A DNA stretch of 64,000 nt from Balneolaceae bacterium. Its GTDB lineage: Bacteria > Bacteroidota > Rhodothermia > Balneolales > Balneolaceae. Below the pieces are notes generated by a model. It did not search any database. It was not told the DNA's origin and saw only the letters and a program-made list of their open reading frames with translations. A program made the translations under genes and the position numbers. Where the stretch lies: the NCBI GenBank assembly GCA_965247355.1, contig OZ252011.1, positions 3,113,397 through 3,177,396 of the forward strand, read 5' to 3'. This document shows positions 56,360 through 64,000 of this stretch, piece after piece; position 1 is the stretch's first letter; every line of letters starts with the position of its first letter.

Positions 56360-56485
56360 GATGGAGCTTCGTTTAAAGTGAGGTCTAAATTTAAGGCTTA
56401 TTGTGTTTAGCTGCTAAAGGCTTTTCAGGATTTTTTTGATTGAGTGAATAATCCGGTTAACGAAGTATTGAAACCCGTTAAGGGG

Positions 56486-56527
56486 GTATAAAATAAAAGC
56501 TGTCATCCTGAACTTGTTTCAGGATCT
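56486..56527 (-). terminator. ATCCTGA-arm hairpin downstream of miaA, a possible terminator / REP-like element
   Basis: atcctgaa (56505-56512) pairs with ttcaggat (56518-56525) across a 5-nt loop. On the minus-strand RNA it is followed by GACAGCUUUUAUUUUAU. Confidence 0.45.
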
Positions 56528-56549
56528 TACGATTCGACCTCCCCTCTAT

Positions 56550-56570
56550 CCCCTCCTTCGCAAGGAGGGG
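56550..56570. repeat. GC-rich 9-bp-stem hairpin (cccctcctt cgc aaggagggg) between purS and miaA
   Basis: Read directly. It lies 34 nt past the miaA stop on the minus strand and has no adjacent U-tract. Confidence 0.6.
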
Positions 56571-56603
56571 AGGAACTACCATGAAAGAAAAATGTGTATC
56601 AGA

Positions 56604-57527
56604 TCAGGGGAGGTCTGAATTACTGAGATTCTCCAAAACCTGCTTTTTCATCTCTTCAATAGAAAGAACATCCGCATCAAGCCATTCAATAAACTCCCAT
56701 CTCCGAAACCAGGTAAGCTGTCGCTTAGCATATCTTCGGGTGTTGGTTTTGATCTTCTCGATCATTTCGTTTTTGGTGAAGTCACCATCTATATAGGTGA
56801 TCACTTCCCGATACCCAACCGTTTGTAGCGATTGCAAATCTTTGGAAAAACCTTGATCCAGAATGGATTTTAATTCTTCAATGAGCCCCTTTTCAACCAT
56901 CAAATCTACTCTCTGATTGATTCTGTCATACAACTTCTCCCGTGGATGATGGAGCCCGAAAACGATGGTGTTTTCCGGTAAAGTGATTTCTTTTTTCTGA
57001 TGAAAAGAGCTAAACGGCTTTCCGGTTTGCATCCACACATCTAATGCGCGAATAATCCTTTGTCGGTTCATCCCATCTATTCGTTTGATATAATCAGGGT
57101 CGACTTCTTTAAGTTTTTCGAATAGCGGCTCAATGCCTTCTTCTCCAATTTGGTGATTGAGTTGAGCAATGTTTTCATCGTTGGAATCCGGGATATCGCT
57201 GAAGGGCTGAATGAGTCCGGTAAGATGAAGTGTGCTACCTCCGGCATAAATCACATGATCAGAATGTTGTAGAATCTCCTCCTCCCAATCTTTAGCTCGC
57301 TCTACAAATTTTACTGCGCTGTCGTCATCTTCCAGTTCCAGATTGGAAATATTGTAATGCCGAACTCGATTTAGTTCTTCAGGAGAAGGCTTTGCCGTTC
57401 CGATATCCAAGCGTTTATAACACTGACGGGAATCTGCAGAAATGATAGACGTCCCCAATTCCTCAGCAAGCTGAAGAGATAATTCCGTTTTACCGGATGC
57501 TGTTGGACCTAGGAGGATTATGCGCAC
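56604..57527 (-). CDS. miaA: tRNA dimethylallyltransferase
   Basis: 307 aa with the P-loop LLGPTASGKTELS, plus SADSRQCYKRLDIGTAKP and RRYAKRQLTWFR. Confidence 0.92.
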   Translation of the reverse strand: MRIILLGPTASGKTELSLQLAEELGTSIISADSRQCYKRLDIGTAKPSPEELNRVRHYNISNLELEDDDSAVKFVERAKDWEEEILQHSDHVIYAGGSTLHLTGLIQPFSDIPDSNDENIAQLNHQIGEEGIEPLFEKLKEVDPDYIKRIDGMNRQRIIRALDVWMQTGKPFSSFHQKKEITLPENTIVFGLHHPREKLYDRINQRVDLMVEKGLIEELKSILDQGFSKDLQSLQTVGYREVITYIDGDFTKNEMIEKIKTNTRRYAKRQLTWFRRWEFIEWLDADVLSIEEMKKQVLENLSNSDLP

Positions 57528-57558
57528 TATTCTTTTTTTCTAAAAGGTAGGGAATAAG

Positions 57559-57629
57559 TAATCCTGAGCAAAAGAGAAGAAACTTTGTAGGTATCCGCTC
57601 AGATCCTTCGGAGGTACCCTCAGGATGAC
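57559..57629. repeat. Nested palindromic REP-like element with ATCCTGAG / CTCAGGAT arms and a GTCATCCTGA end
   Basis: atcctgag (57561-57568) pairs with ctcaggat (57619-57626). An internal gctcagatcc sits between them. The complement of 57601-57629 reads gtcatcctgagggtacctccgaaggatct, which shares GTCATCCTGA...GGATCT with 56502-56527. Confidence 0.6.
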
Positions 57630-57647
57630 TAGTAGAGAGGTATGATA

Positions 57648-58763
57648 TTACCCCTTCCCCTTCAAATTAAACTTCAGCGAGATGCGATGAGTGTAACCAA
57701 GGTTGCTGGAGGTTCCTGCAAAGCTGGCAAAGCCGTAGTCGATATAAAAGGAAGCAACCCGGAACCCAAGTCCGAGCGTTGGAGAGACAGTGAACCCTGC
57801 TTCAGGGTCAGTGATGAAATCAGTTAATCCCGCGCGGGCAGAAATTCTGTTCTTATAGGTAACCTCTCCACCGATGTGTGGCTCGATACTCATCGAGCCA
57901 ATATTCATGTAATAAGCTCGTCTGTTTTCGAAAAGCAGGTTTAGATCTGCGGCTGCCAGAAAATCAAAATCAGTGAGCGAGAATGCTTTGGAAGCACCCA
58001 ATCGAACAGAGGGAAGTACATACTCATTTTGTCCGGATGGGATAGAATCCCCAAAAGTTTTCTGGAAAGACTGACCATTTGAGCCGTTGAATTCTTCTTC
58101 ATTTACGGTCCACATTTTCTGCATGGTGGTTACATCCTGAATAGAAGCTCCTAAATCAACGAAATCTGTTTTGTACTGCGCACCTATATCAATGCTATAT
58201 CCCCAGGCATTGGCGAAAGGTCCAAGTCGCTGATTAATTATCTTAGCGGAGGCTCCATAGGAAAGTCGATCGGAATGTTTTTTGGCGTAGGACAGAAAGA
58301 TGGCTACATCAGCCGCACTGAATTTTGTGATATACGATTCGGTATCTTCTCTGGGACCTCCATTAGGACCTCGCTCATTATCCCACGCATTCAAAGTATT
58401 TGCGATGTTATCTACTCCTTGTCGGAAAAAACTAACACCGACCACCCCATTTCCGGATTTCAATGGCATTGCAGCCGCGCCGTAATCATATCCCACAATT
58501 CCACCAAAACGTTCGGAGTGCATATAAATCAGTTCGGGTTGTTCGAGCTGTGAGAGTCCGGCGACGTTCCAGTATCCAGCTGTAACATCATTAGCAAGTG
58601 CTGAGTGCGTTCCTCCCATTCCGAGTGCCCGAGCCCCTGCTCCGGTACTGAGGAAGTCATTTCCATACTTCGCCAATGCAGACTGAGCCTGAGCAGAGAA
58701 GCTGAATAAGCTGATTATAAAGAGCGCTGAAAAGATTCTTTTCATCAAAAAAAGAGAGTTCAA
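57648..58763 (-). CDS. PorV/PorQ-like outer-membrane beta-barrel protein (type IX secretion-associated family)
   Basis: 371 aa with signal peptide ...FSAQAQ. The opening GNDFLSTGAGARALGMGGTHSALANDVTAGYWNVAGL and the barrel periodicity resemble the PorV/PorQ family. This is judged from memory only. Confidence 0.5.
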   Translation of the reverse strand: MNSLFLMKRIFSALFIISLFSFSAQAQSALAKYGNDFLSTGAGARALGMGGTHSALANDVTAGYWNVAGLSQLEQPELIYMHSERFGGIVGYDYGAAAMPLKSGNGVVGVSFFRQGVDNIANTLNAWDNERGPNGGPREDTESYITKFSAADVAIFLSYAKKHSDRLSYGASAKIINQRLGPFANAWGYSIDIGAQYKTDFVDLGASIQDVTTMQKMWTVNEEEFNGSNGQSFQKTFGDSIPSGQNEYVLPSVRLGASKAFSLTDFDFLAAADLNLLFENRRAYYMNIGSMSIEPHIGGEVTYKNRISARAGLTDFITDPEAGFTVSPTLGLGFRVASFYIDYGFASFAGTSSNLGYTHRISLKFNLKGKG

Positions 58764-58935
58764 AAATTAATACTACAGTAGCGCTTTAACGATAAGAAAA
58801 CAGGGTTATTTGAATAATAAAATCGTGTTCTCTCTGGTTGCGGAGGGAACAACTATTTCTTAGTATAAGCACATCATTTTGAAAGGGCAAGATTGGGGAA
58901 TAAATTGTCCTTAACATACAATAACACACGGATTC

Positions 58936-60051
58936 ATGAAATTTTCTGTATCAAGTAGCGAACTTAACAAAGGCCTTTCAGCGGTAATCGGAGCCGTACC
59001 CTCTAAGGCAACCCTTCCAATTCTCGAAACTATTTTATTTCAGAGTGAAGATGGAAAGCTGAAATTGACTGCCACCGACCTTGAAATTTCTATCATTGAG
59101 TACATCGAAGCAGATATTGAAGAAGATGGAGCGGTAGCGATTCCTGCCCGAAGATTACTTGAAACGTTGAGGCAGCTTCCAAACATCACCGTGTTTTTTG
59201 ACGTGGATGATCGCAAGAATATCAATTTCCGCACTGATAAAGGTAATTATAAGCTGGTTGGTGACGAAGCTGATGAATTCCCTGAAGTTCCTAATCTTGA
59301 TGACGGTACGCACATAACTTCTACTTCTGAGCTTGTTCACAAGGCCATCGATAAAACTTTGTTCGCCGTTTCAAGTGATGATCTTCGCCCGGCTATGATG
59401 GGTGTTTATTTCCAGATTGGAACCGAAGAAAGTAAATTTGTAGCTACTGACGGGCACCGTTTAGTGAAATACACCAACAGAGAAATCACAGCAGATAACG
59501 ATGTGAATTTCATCATTCCTGATAAAGCACTCAGCCTGATCCAGAAAACAATTTCCGGTGAAGATTGCGATGTAACCGTAACTCAGGATCACGCTCGCTT
59601 CAAAAGTGGAAATACCATTTTAATCACTCGACTGATCAATGAGCAGTATCCGAACTACGATTCTGTAATTCCCCGTGATAATGACAAGTTTTTGACGATC
59701 AGTAAAGAGCAGATGCTTTCTACGGTAAAACGTGTATCTATCTTTTCCAGCTCAACCACCCGTCAGATTCGCCTGCAAATGGAAACAGATAAGCTGACCA
59801 TACGTGCCGAAGATTTGGATATGAGTAGTGAGGCAAAAGAAACCATTGAATGCGACTATTCAAATGAAGGCATGGAAATTGGATTTAATGCTAAATATCT
59901 GGGTGATGTACTCAGTAACATTGATGATGAAGAAGTGAGTTTTGAATTTTCATCCCCAAACCGAGCCGGTATTGTTAAGCCGTCTACCAGTGATGACAGT
60001 GAAGACATCCTGATGCTGGTGATGCCGGTGATGCTAAATAGTTATGCCTGA
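58936..60051 (+). CDS. dnaN: DNA polymerase III beta sliding clamp
   Basis: 371 aa. MKFSVSSSELNKGLSAVIGAVPSKATLPILETILF, LTATDLEISI, ATDGHRL and the three-domain length are all consistent. Confidence 0.92.
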   Translation: MKFSVSSSELNKGLSAVIGAVPSKATLPILETILFQSEDGKLKLTATDLEISIIEYIEADIEEDGAVAIPARRLLETLRQLPNITVFFDVDDRKNINFRTDKGNYKLVGDEADEFPEVPNLDDGTHITSTSELVHKAIDKTLFAVSSDDLRPAMMGVYFQIGTEESKFVATDGHRLVKYTNREITADNDVNFIIPDKALSLIQKTISGEDCDVTVTQDHARFKSGNTILITRLINEQYPNYDSVIPRDNDKFLTISKEQMLSTVKRVSIFSSSTTRQIRLQMETDKLTIRAEDLDMSSEAKETIECDYSNEGMEIGFNAKYLGDVLSNIDDEEVSFEFSSPNRAGIVKPSTSDDSEDILMLVMPVMLNSYA

Positions 60052-60838
60052 TAGCCAGGTAATCACTCTTACTACCGATTTTGGAACTCAGGATCACTAT
60101 GTAAGTGCCATGAAGGCAGTGATTCTGGGAATCTCACCTAACGCACGTTTTATAGATGTTTCTCACGATATCCCTCCACAGGATATCATGGCTGGAGCAT
60201 GGGTAGTTCGAAATTCAGCTTTTCTATTTCCTACTGAAACGGTGCATTTGGTTGTGGTTGACCCTGGAGTTGGCACCGACAGACATCCTATTATCCTGAA
60301 AATTGAAGATCAGTATTTTGTAGGTCCTGATAACGGGATATTCTCCTTGTTATATGATGAGTTCAAATACAAAGCTTACAAGTTAAACAATCCTGAGTAT
60401 TGGAGGAAAGATCGTTCCAGAACCTTTCATGGACGAGACATTTTCGCTCCGATAGCGGCTCATATAAGTAATGGAGTCGATTTAAAAGAACTTGGTGATC
60501 CTATCAAAGACTTGGTGACCTATCATTGGGCAACTCCAATAGGTGATAAAGACGGACTTCAGGGTTGGGTAATTCATATTGACCGGTTTGGGAATCTGAT
60601 CACCAATATTTCTGAGAGTTTATTAGAAGACACCGCCGGGCGGAGAAAAGTCAAAATTTATGTCGGGAACACAATTATTGATCACCTGGTAAATACTTTT
60701 GGAGATGTGGAACCCGGTGAACCGGTTGCTTTTATTGGGAGCTCGGGGATGCTGGAAGTAGGCATAAACAAAGGAAATGCTGCGAAGATGTTAAGTGTTG
60801 ACAAAGGTGCGCAGATATCGTTGGTGCTACAGAAGTAG
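60044..60838 (+). CDS. SAM hydrolase / SAM-dependent halogenase family protein (S-adenosyl-L-methionine hydroxide adenosyltransferase, DUF62)
   Basis: 264 aa. ITLTTDFGTQDHYVSAMKAVILGI, VVVDPGVGT, GPDNG, FHGRDIFAP and IDRFGNLITN are family hallmarks. It overlaps dnaN by 8 nt. Confidence 0.85.
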   Translation: MPDSQVITLTTDFGTQDHYVSAMKAVILGISPNARFIDVSHDIPPQDIMAGAWVVRNSAFLFPTETVHLVVVDPGVGTDRHPIILKIEDQYFVGPDNGIFSLLYDEFKYKAYKLNNPEYWRKDRSRTFHGRDIFAPIAAHISNGVDLKELGDPIKDLVTYHWATPIGDKDGLQGWVIHIDRFGNLITNISESLLEDTAGRRKVKIYVGNTIIDHLVNTFGDVEPGEPVAFIGSSGMLEVGINKGNAAKMLSVDKGAQISLVLQK

Positions 60839-60891
60839 CGAAACACTACGATAACTGAGGCGTAAGCCGTTCCCAAATTAACAGAAAGGAC

Positions 60892-61698
60892 ATGAATTTA
60901 GAATTACGATCACCGGTTGATGAACGTGCTACCATCCAGGTACCAAAGGATGTAGCCGAGCTTTCCAGACCTTTTAATGGCACTGTTTGCTCTCAGGAAG
61001 GTGATGAATACAAGGTCAGGAACAACATTATTGATATACTGGGTAAGGAACCTGCATTCAGTTCACTTGCCCAAAGTACCAATCACTTCAAATTGACCGC
61101 CTCTATTTATGAAGATATCTGGCGTAAAAGGTCTCTTTCTCTTCTTTCAGGTGAAGATTTCCCCATCGAAAAGGAACATGAGCTTTTGATTGAATGGACA
61201 GCTCCAAAGGCTGGCGGACTATATTTGGATTTAGGATGTTCAACAGCGTTGTATGGCAGAGCACTAAAAGCAGCACAGAAAAAAGCTGATATCGTAGCAC
61301 TGGATTTTTCCTCACAAATGCTGGAAGAAGCACGATTCAAAGCAGAAGCTGACGAAACCGATATGTTTCTGGTTCGCGCTGACGGGAAAGAAATTCCTTT
61401 TTTCAGCAAGACGTTCGATGGGATTGTAATGGGAGGAACTCTGAATGAATTGTCTGAAGAATTGAAAGTATTGTACGAAGCTCGTCGGGTTATTAAACAG
61501 GATGGAGTGTTTTTTGTGATGCATCTCATCAAGAGTGATGCCTGGTACGGACGTTTACTTCAGGAATCGGTTTCTTTGGGGGGGATTAATTTCTGGTCGG
61601 TAGAAGAAAGCAATACGCTGTTCAAACAGGCAGGATTTAAGGTAGCGGATCAATTAGTAAGAGGAATTGTTTGTTTTTCTAAGTTGGTACCTAATTAA
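60892..61698 (+). CDS. Class I SAM-dependent methyltransferase
   Basis: 268 aa with motif I YLDLGCSTALYGR, the post-I segment VALDFS, and DGIVMGGTLNEL. Confidence 0.78.
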   Translation: MNLELRSPVDERATIQVPKDVAELSRPFNGTVCSQEGDEYKVRNNIIDILGKEPAFSSLAQSTNHFKLTASIYEDIWRKRSLSLLSGEDFPIEKEHELLIEWTAPKAGGLYLDLGCSTALYGRALKAAQKKADIVALDFSSQMLEEARFKAEADETDMFLVRADGKEIPFFSKTFDGIVMGGTLNELSEELKVLYEARRVIKQDGVFFVMHLIKSDAWYGRLLQESVSLGGINFWSVEESNTLFKQAGFKVADQLVRGIVCFSKLVPN

Positions 61699-62093
61699 TT
61701 CTGAAATCGAAAAACAATAGGAAGGGAGTAGTTTATACATACAGGCTCACCTTGCTGATTACCAGGAACAAACCGCGCTTCAAGGAGTGCTTTTTTAGAA
61801 GCTTCATATGTTCCATATCCAATTCCACGAATAAGCTTAGGCCTGATTGGAATTCCTTCCTTATTCACAATAAAGCCAATAGTGACCCTGCCTTCGAGTC
61901 CATTTTCAATGGCCTCTTGAGGATATTCAACCCTTTGCTGGAGTTTAGCCAAACCTCCAATTAGTTAGGGCATTGTTTCAGCTACATCCAAAACAAAGGG
62001 ACACCCTTCTATAATAGGTTGTTCGTTCTCAAAAATTCCACAGGAGTGGAAAAGAAATAGAAGAAGAAGTAAAAAAGGAAATACATTCTTCAT
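61695..62093 (-). pseudogene. TonB C-terminal-domain lipoprotein gene interrupted by an in-frame TAA at codon 43
   Basis: The ATG (complement of 62091-62093) gives MKNVFPFLLLLLFLFHSCGIFENEQPIIEGCPFVLDVAETMP. A TAA (complement of 61965-61967) follows. The same frame then continues LIGGLAKLQQRVEYPQEAIENGLEGRVTIGFIVNKEG...PIVFRFQN, a TonB_C domain. The total is 399 nt, or 133 codons, in one frame. Confidence 0.7.
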
Positions 62094-62095
62094 GC

Positions 62096-63721
62096 TTACA
62101 TTCTTTCCGGAGCGGTAATCCCCAGAATCGTCAATCCGTTTTTAAGAACCTGAGCGGTAGTTCTGGCCAACTCAATACGTGCCTGGGCAAGATTTTCATC
62201 GACACCAATAATCCGGCAATCATGGTAGAAGGTAGTAAAGGCTGAAGCCACATCATTCAGGTAGTTAATCAAACGGTGAGGTTCACGGGCATCCGCGGCG
62301 CTTTGAATGGCTCCAGGAAATTTGAACAGGGTTTTGATCAACGAAGTCTCAGCATCTTCTTTCAGCAGACTAAGTTGAACATCTCCATCAAAAGAATACT
62401 CCTCTTCTGCTTTGCGGAGAATGCTGAAAATACGGGCATGCGCATACTGAAGATAAAACACCGGGTTTTTCTCACCGGCTTCTTTAGCCTGGGCAATATC
62501 AAATTCGAGATGTGTATTTGGAGATCGCATCAAAAAGAAGAAGCGGGTTACATCAGAACCTACTTCATCCATCAGCTCATCCAGTGTTATAAAGTTTGCT
62601 TTTCGAGTACTCATTTTGAAGGGCTGACCGTCTTTCACAATCGTCACAAACTGATACACGATTACATCCACTTTATTGGTATCGTATCCTAAAGCTGAAA
62701 TTCCGGAAAGAACGTCCGGATAAGTGGCGATATGATCCGCGCCAAAAATATCGATACAAAGATCATAACCACGATCCAGTTTATTAGCATGGTAAGCAAT
62801 ATCAGGAAGACGGTAGGTTGGTTCTCCTGTACTTTTTATGAGTACAGTGTCTTTTTCTTTGCCAAACTCTGTGGTTTTAAACCAGGTCGCTCCATCGGAA
62901 TCGTAGACCAATCCCTTTTCTTTTAGTCTTGAAACTACGGAGTCAATATCACCACCATCGTATAAGCTATGTTCATTAAAATGATTATCCATGTGGATTT
63001 TCATTCTATCCAAAGTATCACTGATATCTTCGAAAATGGCTGCTTCTGCTTTTTCTTTGAACGGAGTCCAGTCAGCATCAATCAGCCCCTCCCCTTTGTC
63101 ATCAGCCAGTTCTTTGGCGATATCCCGGATATACTCACCTTCATAGCCGCCTTCAGGGAATTCTGATTCTTTTCCTAACTCCTCGAGGTAACGAGCTTGC
63201 ACACTTTGACCAAGCACACGCATTTGGCGGCCTGCGTTATTGAAGTAATATTCCCGGTCAACTTCTGCTCCTGTCCATTCCATGAGTCGTGCGACGGTAT
63301 CACCTAATACAGCATTTCTTCCATGACCAACGGTTAAAGGTCCGGTTGGATTAGCACTTACGAACTCAATCTGAATCTTCTTTTCTTTTTGGGAATCTGT
63401 TTTCCCATAATCTGATCCCAAATCAATAATCGAAGCGAGTTCATCATAGAGATAATCTTCAGCAAACCTGAAGTTGATAAATCCGGGTCCTGCTATTTCA
63501 ACGGAAGAGATTTTGGCGTCATCGTAAGTCAATCCATCGATGATCTGTTGAGCAATTGCCCTCGGATTATTCCGTAAGGGTTTAGCAAGCATCATCGCGA
63601 TATTAGTGGAGGCATCTCCATGACTTTCCACTTTCGGAGCTTCCAGATGTATTTCAGGAGTTTCTTCTAAATCAAATTGCGCCAGCGAGGCCTTTATAAT
63701 CTCTTCGAGGTATTTGTTCAT
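62096..63721 (-). CDS. argS: Arginine--tRNA ligase
   Basis: 541 aa with the class I HIGH-type motif SANPTGPLTVGHGRN, a KMSKS-like FKMSTRK, and a DALR anticodon-binding C-terminus. Confidence 0.93.
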   Translation of the reverse strand: MNKYLEEIIKASLAQFDLEETPEIHLEAPKVESHGDASTNIAMMLAKPLRNNPRAIAQQIIDGLTYDDAKISSVEIAGPGFINFRFAEDYLYDELASIIDLGSDYGKTDSQKEKKIQIEFVSANPTGPLTVGHGRNAVLGDTVARLMEWTGAEVDREYYFNNAGRQMRVLGQSVQARYLEELGKESEFPEGGYEGEYIRDIAKELADDKGEGLIDADWTPFKEKAEAAIFEDISDTLDRMKIHMDNHFNEHSLYDGGDIDSVVSRLKEKGLVYDSDGATWFKTTEFGKEKDTVLIKSTGEPTYRLPDIAYHANKLDRGYDLCIDIFGADHIATYPDVLSGISALGYDTNKVDVIVYQFVTIVKDGQPFKMSTRKANFITLDELMDEVGSDVTRFFFLMRSPNTHLEFDIAQAKEAGEKNPVFYLQYAHARIFSILRKAEEEYSFDGDVQLSLLKEDAETSLIKTLFKFPGAIQSAADAREPHRLINYLNDVASAFTTFYHDCRIIGVDENLAQARIELARTTAQVLKNGLTILGITAPERM

Positions 63722-63818
63722 TCGTAGTTCTGTTTCGGATTCGGTTAAAGATAAGGGAAATCAGAATTAGGAATCAGAGGTTTTCAATAAACAATATTCA
63801 ACAAGGAATAAACAAAGC

Positions 63819-64000
63819 TCATCGATTTTTATTCATGTTTGATTGAGCAGTCGAAATACTTTTGAAAATTATAGCAATAAGCTGATCACATTCGGAGATA
63901 GCTTGATCTAATGAGGGGTCATTTAGTAAAGGATGTTTCTTAATCAGAGTTAGACAAATAAATGTCTCCTTAAGCTCTTTTTGCCCAATTTTTAGTTTGT
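63819..64000 (-). CDS. Four-helix-bundle (23S rRNA intervening-sequence-type) protein, C-terminal part; the N-terminus lies right of the window
   Basis: Hand translation of the minus strand gives ...KLKIGQKELKETFICLTLIKKHPLLNDPSLDQAISECDQLIAIIFKSISTAQSNMNKNR* with the stop at the complement of 63819-63821. The pattern resembles the C-terminal helices of that family. Confidence 0.45.
   Translation of the reverse strand, partial: KLKIGQKELKETFICLTLIKKHPLLNDPSLDQAISECDQLIAIIFKSISTAQSNMNKNR

Noticed and set aside
58764-58935. A possible oriC / DnaA-box cluster upstream of dnaN.
   Set aside because: I found no TTATCCACA-like 9-mers on either strand in this spacer. There is no dnaA gene adjacent, and no obvious AT-rich 13-mer array.
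19462-61967. Global reassignment or readthrough of TAA, suggested by two in-frame TAA interruptions (19462-19464 and the complement of 61965-61967).
   Set aside because: Several full-length conserved genes in the window terminate normally at TAA. Examples are gcvT at 11255-11257, glgB at 45458-45460 and the barrel gene at 19261-19263. TAA is therefore a functional stop here, and the two cases are better treated individually.

Overview
The window is a densely coding 64-kb chromosomal segment with about 60 protein genes. Hand counts on a few 100-nt samples of typical genes give roughly 42-45% GC. I saw no rRNA, tRNA, CRISPR array, integrase or transposase. Several features point to a Bacteroidota/Balneolota-type (FCB group) organism: a half-size GlgA next to a DUF4270-like lipoprotein, a PorV/PorQ-like barrel, an HU-like/SPOR protein, ExbB-ExbD-TonB genes, an ECF sigma factor, many lipoproteins, and few Shine-Dalgarno sites. 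This taxonomic call is an inference. Recognisable housekeeping genes are dinB (partial), gdh, apbC/mrp, gcvT, comB, ftsK-lolA, ispE, cca, rho, lptB, purS/purQ, clpS, miaA, dnaN and argS. There is also a glycogen set: glgP, then glgB-malQ-comA-short glgA. The observations most worth following up are listed here. (1) A translationally coupled operon encodes a secreted type-1-copper cupredoxin, a HAMP/class III adenylate cyclase and an outer-membrane barrel (26.7-30.5 kb). (2) A 96-bp near-perfect direct repeat brackets an AT-richer Kelch lipoprotein gene that appears to have been inserted into the 3' end of a nucleotidyltransferase gene. It leaves a chimeric 53-codon remnant ORF. (3) A MurF-type ligase has a polytopic membrane domain in place of its UDP-binding N-domain. 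(4) A six-gene, tightly packed operon joins a plug-less TonB-receptor-like barrel, HU-like/SPOR proteins and an ExbB-ExbD-TonB motor. (5) Two in-frame TAA interruptions occur, one in a TonB-C lipoprotein gene and one between two HU-like modules. (6) clpS sits between purS and purQ. (7) comA is embedded in the glycogen cluster. (8) Hairpins built on ATCCTGA/TCAGGAT arms follow three minus-strand genes. All functional calls come from reading motifs by eye; no database search was run.
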